DNA of 64,000 bases from Elusimicrobiota bacterium (lineage in GTDB: Bacteria; Elusimicrobiota; Elusimicrobia; Elusimicrobiales; UBA9959), in assembly GCA_036574205.1 (NCBI GenBank), contig JAINCQ010000014.1, forward strand, positions 1,634-65,633. The letters are read 5' to 3'. How positions within the stretch are numbered: the first letter of the stretch is position 1; each line of letters starts with the position of its first letter. A program made the position numbers and the translations under genes. The notes beneath the pieces were generated by a model. It was not told where the DNA came from and made no database searches. It saw only the letters and a list, made by a program, of their open reading frames with translations. This document shows positions 10,110 through 19,255 of this stretch, one piece after another.

Positions 10110-11653
10110 CTAAAACGAACTTGATATCTGAAAACTAACACTTTTCTCTCTAAAATCGTTTGTATCTGTTGAAAAATTATATTTATTATAAACTCCTCTT
10201 AAAGAAAAGGTTATATCTTTTTTCATTAAGATAGTTTTGTAATACAAATTAAAAGAGGCAAAAAGCTTATCTGAATCATCACCAATTTCTTTTCTCAAAA
10301 AATTCTGTCCTAATCTTATATCTCCGCTTATCTTCTTTTTAGGTTTCTCAAAGCCAAAAGCAAAAGAATATTCATATATTTTATCTGTCTCATTTGAAAG
10401 ATCATCATTTAAATACCAGCTTCCAACTGTAAACTGCGGCTTTATAATGGTATTTTCACTTTCTATATATTTATTAAAAGAGGTATTAAAGTTTATTTCG
10501 CTTGAATTTCTTATATCTGTATCTGTTTTGTAAATTGTATAGCCTAAGTTTGTATCATTCTCAATTCCACCATATTTGTCTTTATAGTTTAAGTTAAAGA
10601 AATGATCTTTTTGAGAATTGGCCCATATTTTCTATCAAATTTATAAGAAAAATTTACATATGAATATTGCCTTCTGGCAAATATCTTTTTAATACCTATA
10701 GAAATATCCGGTCTTATAGTGTATGTTGTGTCTGTTTTCTGGTTTTCTAAATTATCTCTATACCACAGAACTCCAGCATTTATGGTGGTCATCTTTGAAT
10801 ACTTATATCTCCACCTGGCTTTAACTTTCCTCCTATCGCTAACTGCTGAACCTAAAAGTGATAGGTAATCAGGCTCAACATTTTCATACTCTATAGTAAT
10901 CCTTGAAGGATCAGCATCTCCAACAAACTCAAACCTGTAGGCATCTCCCTTAAATGATTTATTTGAAATCTTTTCATCTGTATCTGATCTGGCATATTCT
11001 CCAGTTAACTCAAGTCCGGCAAATGGATTATATTTTAAATCAAGAGAATAATTTGATGAATCATACTTCTCGCTTTCACTCATAAGCTCTATATCTTTTG
11101 TATTTAAATAGTTAACCCCAAGATTAAAATCTCCTAAATTTTCTTTTAACTTTAAACCATACGCCTGTCTTTTTAAAACTCTTGTATCGGGATCTTTGAA
11201 ATAAGAATCCCATCTCGGATAGGTATGTCCAAAAATCGCTGTTATTTCAGGAAGTTTTGATTCTTCCTTTAAAAACTTATAACTTGCTCCTTTAAGCGAT
11301 GAAGCCAGGCTGTACTGTGAAAAGCTTTCAAATATATCACCGGCTGTTATCAAGTTATAACCTTTTTTAAAAGATCCAGTTATATTCATAAGAGATATAT
11401 TCTTAACATCGTTTCTTTTATCATCTGTAAATTTAACTCCAAGGTTATAGTTATAAGAAATATTGTCTTTTCTACCAGAGCCATTTATATTTAAAACATC
11501 TATATAATTCCATCCCTCTGTTAAAGAAGATGACCCCTTCCCCTCACCAGTTATATCATTATAATAAATATTAAAATCATTACTCATATGAAACTCAGTT
11601 TCACAATATAAAAAGCCAGAAAAAGAAAACAATAATATACCAATGAATTTCAT
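10110..11653 (-). pseudogene. Outer-membrane beta-barrel protein, reading frame broken once near 10592-10631
   Basis: The 354-aa ORF (11653-10589) has a signal peptide and alternating beta-strand-like sequence. A second frame is open from 10631 to 10110 and continues the same character, ending in an OMP-type C-terminal signal (VSFQISSSF). Adding one nucleotide would join the two frames. Confidence 0.6.
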
Positions 11654-11684
11654 TTCGCCTCCTTATATATATTAGTAAAGTTAA

Positions 11685-12014
11685 TTAGGCTTTACTAAAA
11701 TCTCTTATACTTACAGTATAATATTTAGTCCCGCAAGGATATCCGGGGATGGGTCCACAGTTCTTTTTGCCAAATGTATCTTCATTATCTATTAATGGCT
11801 TTAACGAAGTTGTGGCTTTTTCTATTTTATAGGTAGATGTAGAAACATTAGCATCAAGGTTATTGCTTGACTCCTCTTGTTTAACCCCATTCTTATTGCA
11901 TGAGATTAAAAAAGAAAATATTATACTCAAAAACCCAAATAATCCTAACTTAAATAAATTTTGATTCTCATGATCTTTTATTCCGGTCTTTTTAAGAAGA
12001 TTTGATAAACTCAT
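11685..12014 (-). CDS. Small lipoprotein (109 aa) with a two-Cys C-terminal tail
   Basis: Hydrophobic segment ending in the lipobox FLISC, and a C-terminal KKNCGPIPGYPCGTKYY. Its ATG overlaps the methyltransferase stop (ATGA at 12011-12014). Confidence 0.55.
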   Translation of the reverse strand: MSLSNLLKKTGIKDHENQNLFKLGLFGFLSIIFSFLISCNKNGVKQEESSNNLDANVSTSTYKIEKATTSLKPLIDNEDTFGKKNCGPIPGYPCGTKYYTVSIRDFSKA

Positions 12015-12943
12015 ATAATTCTCCTTCTCTTAAACTCATAATAAGCAGATTCTTTATTAAAAAAGCAAACTTCAAATCTGGCTTTTTTCCTACTGTCTAT
12101 AAAATTATATATAAAATTCTTGGGGTTGTCAAAGAAATCTTTTTTTACCTTCTCATATGCTTTATCAAAATCCCTGTAAATTTCAAAATATTTAAGCACA
12201 AGTTCAAAAAGCCATCCAGAAAAATTATTTTCTTTTAGTTCATTTAAAACGCTTTTATCCATTTGCTTTTGTTTATCAATAAGATCATTAATAGCTATAG
12301 CAATTACCGGAGAAAGAAAACAAGCCTCAAACACGCTTTCTTTATTTATTTTTTCAAGCTCAACATCCTTTATAAACTTCTCTGTCTCGCTAAGCCACAA
12401 CTCCTCATTAAAATCCAGAACACCAGCTAAAGCAAGATTTTTTCTCAATTTGCTTTTTTCATAATCTTTTTTTTTAAAAGCCCTATACCTTATGCATGGT
12501 CTTAAATAATCATAATCAAAAAACTCTTTCTTATATATTTCAAAACCAAACTCACTTAAAAGATTTTCAAGTAGTTCATCAGGAAAGCAGTAAAGATGAT
12601 TCATTCCTTTTGTCTCACTTCCATAAATCCAGTTTAAAACCCTTTCTCTATCCTCAGGATTCTTTGCTTCTAAAAAATTTGAAAAACTTTTTTCTATATC
12701 TGGCGTTTCTATTATAATAAACTTTTCTTTTTTGAGCGTTCTATTAGCCTCAGATAAAAAATACTTCGTCCTGAAAAAACCTAAATGTTCTATAAGCTGT
12801 GATGCAAGAATTTCTATAAACTCTTCATCAGGAAAATCTAAATTCCATGCCGGCATAACAAAATCTGGTTTTACATGCAAGTTTATATCTATATTTATAT
12901 AACCGCTTAGCTTATTATATCCACATCCAATATTAAGCTTCAT
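12011..12943 (-). CDS. Class I SAM-dependent methyltransferase with a C-terminal extension
   Basis: The N-terminus MKLNIGCGYNKLSGYINID carries motif I, followed by ILASQLIEHL and FIIIETPD. Its ATG overlaps the radical SAM stop (ATGA at 12940-12943). Confidence 0.8.
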   Translation of the reverse strand: MKLNIGCGYNKLSGYINIDINLHVKPDFVMPAWNLDFPDEEFIEILASQLIEHLGFFRTKYFLSEANRTLKKEKFIIIETPDIEKSFSNFLEAKNPEDRERVLNWIYGSETKGMNHLYCFPDELLENLLSEFGFEIYKKEFFDYDYLRPCIRYRAFKKKDYEKSKLRKNLALAGVLDFNEELWLSETEKFIKDVELEKINKESVFEACFLSPVIAIAINDLIDKQKQMDKSVLNELKENNFSGWLFELVLKYFEIYRDFDKAYEKVKKDFFDNPKNFIYNFIDSRKKARFEVCFFNKESAYYEFKRRRII

Positions 12944-14067
12944 TTTCTTTTCCCCGAAAAAAATTTATTTAATCCTGCAAACTCATTCTTATTTGCCTTA
13001 GATGTCATACTATACCACAATCTTTTAAAATAATTAAAATTTTTCTTTTCAAACCTATAAAAACAATAAGGATCGTTATGAAGTTTTCCTGTTTTAGAAA
13101 GGCTTATTTCTGAACACCCTCCCTTACAGCTTTCAAGATATTTACAGCCTTTGCAATTTTCCCCCGCATCTTCTTTCCTAAATTTTCTTGTATATGAAAA
13201 AGAATCTTTGCTATTCCATATATCATAAAGTGATTTTTCCCTCACATTTCCCTCAATAAAACTATCATTATTTAATGATAAACATCCTAAAACATCACCA
13301 TTACTTCTAATCCCGATAACACTTATTCCAGCCTGACACCCCTCCCATTTATCATAAAGCCATATATTTTTAATCAAGCATGAATTATATCCCATATCAT
13401 GCGCGCCTATAACAGGTAATTCTTCTACAGAATATCTTCTTCTCATAGTCTCAATAAAAAGCCCAACCGAATAAAACTCATCCTCATTAAGGAGATAATC
13501 TTTGCTAAATCTTTCCCCTTCACTACCAGCCATTTGAATTTGCCAGGCTATATTTCTGCCTTTTATAATCTCCTTTAAATCATTTAACTCCAGAATATTT
13601 AGCTTTGAAACAGTTGTAATTACGCTTACAGGGATATCTCTTTCTAATGCCTTATCTATAAATCCAAGCGTTTTTTTAAAAGCTCCTTTAAAACCTCTTA
13701 TTTTATCATGAGTATCTGGATTTGCTCCATCAAGACTTGTTGCAAGAGCCTGGAGTTTAAGTTCTTTTAATTTATCCATCATCTCATCATTATAAATAGT
13801 TCCATTAGTAATAACGCACAAATCCATATCAAGTTCTTTTATTTTTTTAGCTACTTGCCAGAAGTTTTTAGACAAAAGAGGTTCTCCTCCCATTAATGCA
13901 ACTGACCTGCATCCAGTCTTTTTTAAATCATAACACAACCTTATAGACTCATCAATTATAAGTTCATTTTCCCTTTCTTTACCGGCAGTAGAACCACAAT
14001 GTATACAGTTTAAATTACATCTTAATGTTAACTCCCATACACATGATAAAAGATTATATTTATTCAT
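12940..14067 (-). CDS. Radical SAM enzyme with a SPASM-type C-terminal Cys-rich domain
   Basis: CNLNCIHC (CxxxCxxC) lies near the N-terminus, followed by GGEPLL. The C-terminal region has CQAG...GC and CKGCKYLESCKGGC...PYC, consistent with auxiliary Fe-S clusters. Confidence 0.85.
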   Translation of the reverse strand: MNKYNLLSCVWELTLRCNLNCIHCGSTAGKERENELIIDESIRLCYDLKKTGCRSVALMGGEPLLSKNFWQVAKKIKELDMDLCVITNGTIYNDEMMDKLKELKLQALATSLDGANPDTHDKIRGFKGAFKKTLGFIDKALERDIPVSVITTVSKLNILELNDLKEIIKGRNIAWQIQMAGSEGERFSKDYLLNEDEFYSVGLFIETMRRRYSVEELPVIGAHDMGYNSCLIKNIWLYDKWEGCQAGISVIGIRSNGDVLGCLSLNNDSFIEGNVREKSLYDIWNSKDSFSYTRKFRKEDAGENCKGCKYLESCKGGCSEISLSKTGKLHNDPYCFYRFEKKNFNYFKRLWYSMTSKANKNEFAGLNKFFSGKRK

Positions 14068-15896
14068 CTTTTCAAAAACCTTGTTAAATCCTTATTAAAA
14101 TTTACAATCAAAGGTGGTATTTCTTCTTTTTTAAACTCTACCTCCTGCCAATCTTCATTTCTAATTTTTTTAATTCTCCCGCCATAAGAGGTCAATGGCA
14201 AAACATAGCTATAATCATCAAAGATAATTGCACAATCATTCCAGCTAAAAACAGGGATATACTTCCATTTATTTTTTTCAAAAAGTCCAAAACCATGGGA
14301 ATAATCATACTTTGGATTTTCAGCGCCAATTATCTCCATAATTGTCGGGACAATATCAAAATGAGATGTTTTATGCTCTAAAGCTTGAGGTTTTAGATCA
14401 GGGTGATAAAACACAAAAGGAACGGATACCTCTTCCTTAGAATATGAATGATTATGCCCAAAATACCCTCTTTCTAAAAATGGTTCGCCGTGGTCTGCTG
14501 TTATAATTATGATAGTATCTTTTAAATATTTCTTTTCTTTAAGTAATTTTAATATTTTACCTATTAAAAAATCGTCAAAATGTATTGAGTTTTTGTACTT
14601 ATTAAAAAGCGGTTTAACATTTTCTTTATTTAGCCTTAATAGATTTACCCCATAAGAAGGCTTAAATTTTTCAAACTCAGGAAAATAATCATAGCTTCCA
14701 TGCGGAGCGTCAAAAAATATAAAACCAAAAAAAGGGTTGTTTTTTTCTCTTTTTTGAATATAATCAATAAACTTCTCTGTTACTTCAAAATCCCTCTGAG
14801 CGCCATTACCTTTTTTAGGCTCATCAAAAATATTTCCATCTGGAATATTCACAAAGCAGGTCTTATTAAACTCAGGGAATGTAACCTTTGAGCTTGCAAA
14901 GACCCTCATATCATACCCTTTCTTTCTAAGCGCTTCCATCATAACAGGCGCCCTTTTTTCACCTACCATATTAAACCAGTAGTTTCCATAAAGTCCATAA
15001 AAAATTGAAAATATACCAAAACGAGTTGCATTCCCACCGCTATAATGATTTTTAAAAACTATAGATTTTTTTGAAAGCTCAAATATATTGGGAACTACTT
15101 CTTCATCCAGCATATCATATCTCATTGAATCAGCCACAATTATCAGGAAATTATAATCTCTATCTGTTTTTTTTAGTCTAATCTCAGATTTTGGATAAAT
15201 CAGATTAGAATAACTGCTATCTATAAATTTTTCAACAGGCTTATTTAAATTAAACCCTAAATATTTGTTTGCAAAACTTCTTATAGTTAAAGGTTGATAT
15301 AAAGGAAATAAATCCCTGTTTTTAATAACAGGAGTATAATCATAGAGATTTGAAATAGCAAAAGAAAACTTATCTATAAAAACACAAAAAAATAAAAATA
15401 ATACTGCTCTTTTTAAAAATTTTAAAAAATTATTTTTCTGGCAAATCATAACTGAAAATCTAAATATAAAATACTCTGCTAAAATTAAACCAAGAAAAAT
15501 CATCCAGAAATACAATTTTACATTCCAGCTCTGATTTAGTGTATCTATCCCGCCGGGTGTTGTTAAAAGATTAATAACCATTGAGTTTATATGAAATCCC
15601 CAAAACCTATAAAGAATAATATCTATAACAAAAGCCATATGATAAATTGAAAATAAAGAAATTAAAAGATATTGAAAAAAAGGTAAAAAAAGAAATAAAG
15701 ATGAAATTAAAAATAATGCGAAATATATCATAAAGGTATTTGAAAAAAGCGCAAAAATCAAAAATAAAAACTCTATCAATGTTCTTTTTGATATAAAAAC
15801 ATATGAAAAACTTAAAGTTAGAGTTAAGATAAAATTGATTAAAAGGAATAGAATGAAAATATAAAATTTCTCTTTAAACCAAATTCTAAGTTTCAC
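14064..15896 (-). CDS. YejM/PbgA-like inner-membrane protein (multi-TM N-terminus plus sulfatase/alkaline-phosphatase-fold domain)
   Basis: About 5 N-terminal TM helices precede NFLIIVADSMRYD...HYSGGNATRFGIFSIFYGL...ITADHGE. There is no C/S-x-P-x-R formylglycine motif. The pattern resembles my recollection of E. coli YejM. Confidence 0.75.
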   Translation of the reverse strand: MKLRIWFKEKFYIFILFLLINFILTLTLSFSYVFISKRTLIEFLFLIFALFSNTFMIYFALFLISSLFLFLPFFQYLLISLFSIYHMAFVIDIILYRFWGFHINSMVINLLTTPGGIDTLNQSWNVKLYFWMIFLGLILAEYFIFRFSVMICQKNNFLKFLKRAVLFLFFCVFIDKFSFAISNLYDYTPVIKNRDLFPLYQPLTIRSFANKYLGFNLNKPVEKFIDSSYSNLIYPKSEIRLKKTDRDYNFLIIVADSMRYDMLDEEVVPNIFELSKKSIVFKNHYSGGNATRFGIFSIFYGLYGNYWFNMVGEKRAPVMMEALRKKGYDMRVFASSKVTFPEFNKTCFVNIPDGNIFDEPKKGNGAQRDFEVTEKFIDYIQKREKNNPFFGFIFFDAPHGSYDYFPEFEKFKPSYGVNLLRLNKENVKPLFNKYKNSIHFDDFLIGKILKLLKEKKYLKDTIIIITADHGEPFLERGYFGHNHSYSKEEVSVPFVFYHPDLKPQALEHKTSHFDIVPTIMEIIGAENPKYDYSHGFGLFEKNKWKYIPVFSWNDCAIIFDDYSYVLPLTSYGGRIKKIRNEDWQEVEFKKEEIPPLIVNFNKDLTRFLKR

Positions 15897-15949
15897 TATT
15901 AAATTTTACAAAAATAAGAATTAATTATATAATAACAATTGGAGGAGAT

Positions 15950-16735
15950 ATGCATAACGTTCATATTGACCACACAAAATCCATAATAAAGGAAAGAATG
16001 TCAAAGATAAAAAACAAAATAATTATAATGAGCAATAAAGGCGGGGTAGGAAAAAGCACGATTTCAACGCTTATTGCAACCGCGCTTGTTAAAAAAGGAT
16101 TTAAAACAGGAATTCTTGATGCAGATATTCACGGACCATCTATTGCTAAAATGACAGGGATTGAAAATTTAGAACATGAGGTTGACGAAAAAGGAATAGC
16201 CAGACCAATAGTTAAAGAAAATCTTAAAATTGTTTCTATGGGAAGCATAATAAAAGAAACCAATAAGGCTCTTATATGGAGAGGTCCTATTAAGATAAGC
16301 GTTATAAGACAATTTTTATCTGATTTTGATTGGGGAGAACTTGATTATTTAATAATAGATCTGCCACCGGGCACGGGTGATGAGCCACTTTCTATATGTC
16401 AGGAAATTGATGATATAAAAGGCGCTGTTATAGTAACAACAGGCCAGAAGATTTCAATGCTTGATGCGCAAAAAGCAATTGATTTTTTAAATAAAATAAA
16501 TATAAAAATAATTTCAATCGTTGAGAATATGAGTGAGGTTATATGTCCTCATTGCAATAAGTCTTTCAAATTATTTCATTCAAAAGAAGATATTTATGAA
16601 AAATTAAAGGACTTAAAAATTATAAAAATTCCATATTATACTTCCGTTATGGAAAAACTTGATAATGGCCGTTGTTTTGAAGTTTTTGAAAACAACAATG
16701 AACTTCTTGAAAAAATAGAGTCAATTATTAAATAA
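15950..16735 (+). CDS. apbC: Mrp/ApbC-family Fe-S cluster carrier ATPase
   Basis: Deviant Walker A (SNKGGVGKST), DLPPGTGDE, and a CPHC motif in ENMSEVICPHCNK. Confidence 0.9.
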   Translation: MHNVHIDHTKSIIKERMSKIKNKIIIMSNKGGVGKSTISTLIATALVKKGFKTGILDADIHGPSIAKMTGIENLEHEVDEKGIARPIVKENLKIVSMGSIIKETNKALIWRGPIKISVIRQFLSDFDWGELDYLIIDLPPGTGDEPLSICQEIDDIKGAVIVTTGQKISMLDAQKAIDFLNKINIKIISIVENMSEVICPHCNKSFKLFHSKEDIYEKLKDLKIIKIPYYTSVMEKLDNGRCFEVFENNNELLEKIESIIK

Positions 16736-16750
16736 AAACTCAAATAGGTA

Positions 16751-17479
16751 TCAATTTTCAACCTTCATCAAAAACTCTTTATTCCCTTTGGCGCCTTTAA
16801 CAGGGCAATCTATTACACCGATTATTTTCAAACCAAGCCCAATAACAAAATTTTCTATATCCTTTAAAGCCTTTAATCTTAACTCCTCAGTTTTAACTAT
16901 CCCTTTTCTCAAATCTTTTGGAGATAATTCAAACTGCGGCTTTATGAGCAAAACCCATTCAAATTTTTTTTCCATACAATTTTTAAGTGGAGGTAAAATA
17001 AGTTTTAATGATATAAAACTAACATCCACAGCTGCAAATTCTGGTTTTGGATTAAACATATCAGGCTTTAAATACCTTGCATTTGTATCCGGCATAAAAA
17101 CAAATAAAGGATCTTTTAATATTCTTTCATGAACCTGCCCCTTCCCCACATCTACGCCATAGACTAACTTAGCGCCCTCCTTAATCATACAATCTGAAAA
17201 CCCGCCTGTTGCCACCCCAACATCAAGGCATATTTTACCTTTCAAATCTATCTTAAAGAAATCAATTGCTGCTTTAAGCTTTAACCCACCTCGTGAAACA
17301 TATGGACATAAGTTTTGATATATTTCAATCTTATCAGTTTCTTTAACACTATAACTTGCATCATATACTCTAACCCCATTTACCATCACATCGCCAGCCA
17401 TAATCGCTGCTTTAGCTTTTTGGCGGCTATCAAAAAGCCCAATTTCAACACATCTAACATCAAGCCTTTTTTTTATCAT
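16751..17479 (-). CDS. tlyA: TlyA-family rRNA 2'-O-methyltransferase
   Basis: S4-like N-terminus (RLDVRCVEIGLFDSRQKAKAAIMAGDVMVNG), followed by YVSRGGLKL and the DVGVATGGFSD SAM motif. Confidence 0.88.
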   Translation of the reverse strand: MIKKRLDVRCVEIGLFDSRQKAKAAIMAGDVMVNGVRVYDASYSVKETDKIEIYQNLCPYVSRGGLKLKAAIDFFKIDLKGKICLDVGVATGGFSDCMIKEGAKLVYGVDVGKGQVHERILKDPLFVFMPDTNARYLKPDMFNPKPEFAAVDVSFISLKLILPPLKNCMEKKFEWVLLIKPQFELSPKDLRKGIVKTEELRLKALKDIENFVIGLGLKIIGVIDCPVKGAKGNKEFLMKVEN

Positions 17480-17490
17480 ATAATAATTTA

Positions 17491-18726
17491 TTATTTTTTT
17501 CCCCAGAGTCTTTCAATCCTGTTTTTTATTTCTTTTTCATATCCCTGATCAGTTGGATTATAAAATTTCTTATGGTCTGGCATATATTCCTGTTTTACAA
17601 AATGCTGGGGATAATCATGAGGATACTTATATCCTTTACCATCACCAAAGACATCTCCATCAAGGTGAGCATCCCTTAAATGAATAGGAACTTCTCTTGC
17701 TTTCCCATTTTTAACCTCATCAAGAGCTGAATCTATTGCAATATATGCAGAATTAGATTTTGGAGACAGGGCTACATATAAAGCTGCTTCAGAAAGTATT
17801 ATCCTTGCCTCCGGCATCCCTATATTTTTTACAGCCTCAAAAGCTGATTGAGCAACAAGTAAAGCCGATGGATTAGCAAGCCCAACATCCTCAGATGCAG
17901 CTATTACTATCCTTCTTGCTATAAAAAGTGGATCTTCGCCACTATATATCATCTTTGCAAGCCAGTAAATAGTTGCATCAGGGTCAGATCCTCTCATGGA
18001 TTTTATAAAAGCTGAGATAGTATCGTAATGCTTATCATCTTTTTTATCATACTCTGAATACCTATTTGAAAGAAGATCTTTAATGCAATCTTCATCTATC
18101 ACTCCATTTTTTGAAATTACCTCAAGTGCTTCAATAAAATTTAATAACTTTCTGGCATCTCCATCAGCAAAATTTACCAAGACTTCCTTAGCTCTTTCTG
18201 TTATGCTAAGTTTTCCTTCATAACCCTTTTGAATCGCTATTTTTATAATATTCAATAAATCTTCCCTGCTATGTTTTTTAAACTCAAATATTAGAAATCT
18301 TGAAAGAAGTGCTTTGTTTATATAAAAAAATGGATTTTCAGTTGTTATCCCTATCAGTATTATCTCCTCTTTCTCAATAGAAGGCAAAAGAACATCCTGC
18401 TGGGTTTTATTAAAGTGATGTATCTCATCCAGTATAACAAGAACAGGTTGTTTTTCAAACATAGATCTTGAATAATCAACAATCTTTTTAAAATCTGAAA
18501 CACTGGAAGTAGTAGCATTAAGCATAAAAACCTTTGCATTTAGTGTTTTTGCTATGATATTAGCAAGAACTGTTTTCCCTGAACCACTTGGTCCATAAAA
18601 AAGACAGGACTTTATAATTCCCTTTTCTAAGGCTTTCCTCAAAAATTTACCCTTACCGACAAGATGCTTTTGCCCGACAAATTCTTCAATATTTTTTGGT
18701 ATTAATTTTATTGTAAGTCCACTCAT
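17491..18726 (-). CDS. rarA: Replication-associated recombination protein A (RarA/MgsA)
   Basis: AAA+ Walker A (GPSGSGKT), Walker B (VLVILDEIHHFNK), and the MgsA C-terminal domain (DATIYWLAKMIYSGEDPLFIARR...HLRD). Confidence 0.92.
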   Translation of the reverse strand: MSGLTIKLIPKNIEEFVGQKHLVGKGKFLRKALEKGIIKSCLFYGPSGSGKTVLANIIAKTLNAKVFMLNATTSSVSDFKKIVDYSRSMFEKQPVLVILDEIHHFNKTQQDVLLPSIEKEEIILIGITTENPFFYINKALLSRFLIFEFKKHSREDLLNIIKIAIQKGYEGKLSITERAKEVLVNFADGDARKLLNFIEALEVISKNGVIDEDCIKDLLSNRYSEYDKKDDKHYDTISAFIKSMRGSDPDATIYWLAKMIYSGEDPLFIARRIVIAASEDVGLANPSALLVAQSAFEAVKNIGMPEARIILSEAALYVALSPKSNSAYIAIDSALDEVKNGKAREVPIHLRDAHLDGDVFGDGKGYKYPHDYPQHFVKQEYMPDHKKFYNPTDQGYEKEIKNRIERLWGKK

Positions 18727-19016
18727 TAAAATAAAGTCTCTTTTTGAATCGTTTCCTTCAGATATTTTGTTAAACTATCAATTTTTAAACTTATATGTTC
18801 ATTTTTTATCTTGTTCTCTTTCTCTCTTATATAATTTTCAACTGCATATTTGGCTATAATAGTGGTAAACTGTGTTATAGTATCTATTATCTTCTGCTCT
18901 TCAAGTTTCTCAAATTCATTTGCTATTTTTGATTCTATCTCACTTATTTCAATAGGCGTAAGATCTTTAACATCTAAGACTATTTCTCTATTTTTTATTT
19001 TTAAGACATGTTTCAT
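18726..19016 (-). CDS. ZapA-like cell-division protein
   Basis: The 96-aa size and layout resemble ZapA: an N-terminal beta segment (LKIKNREIVLDV) followed by a long helix. The identification is weak and rests on pattern only. Confidence 0.45.
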   Translation of the reverse strand: MKHVLKIKNREIVLDVKDLTPIEISEIESKIANEFEKLEEQKIIDTITQFTTIIAKYAVENYIREKENKIKNEHISLKIDSLTKYLKETIQKETLF

Positions 19017-19255
19017 TATCTCTCTATTTCCTTTTCTATCATTTTTGATATTTTCAAAAGCCTTTTTGAAACTATTTGTTTAATATTATTATTATCTCTT
19101 GTTTTTGAAAGTTCAGCTGTAAGAAATTTTTCTCTTTCTTCAATAACCCTTAATCTATTTTTTAATTTAAGATTCTCACTCATAAGTTCTTCTATTTTTG
19201 AACCCATTTTATATATATATTTTTCAAGCTCATCTATTTTTTTATCGATATTCAT
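19016..19255 (-). CDS. Small coiled-coil protein (ZapB-like?)
   Basis: 79 aa of heptad-like K/E/L-rich sequence. It is translationally coupled to alaS upstream (4-nt overlap) and to the zapA-like gene downstream (1-nt overlap). Confidence 0.4.
   Translation of the reverse strand: MNIDKKIDELEKYIYKMGSKIEELMSENLKLKNRLRVIEEREKFLTAELSKTRDNNNIKQIVSKRLLKISKMIEKEIER

Noticed and set aside
12940-15896. The radical SAM/SPASM gene next to a sulfatase-fold gene could be a classical anaerobic sulfatase-maturating enzyme (anSME) and sulfatase pair.
   Set aside because: The sulfatase-fold protein has about five N-terminal TM helices and the sequence VADSMRYD...SGGNATRFGIFSIFYG. It has no C/S-x-P-x-R formylglycine target motif. 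It looks like YejM/PbgA rather than an arylsulfatase, so it is unlikely to be an anSME substrate.
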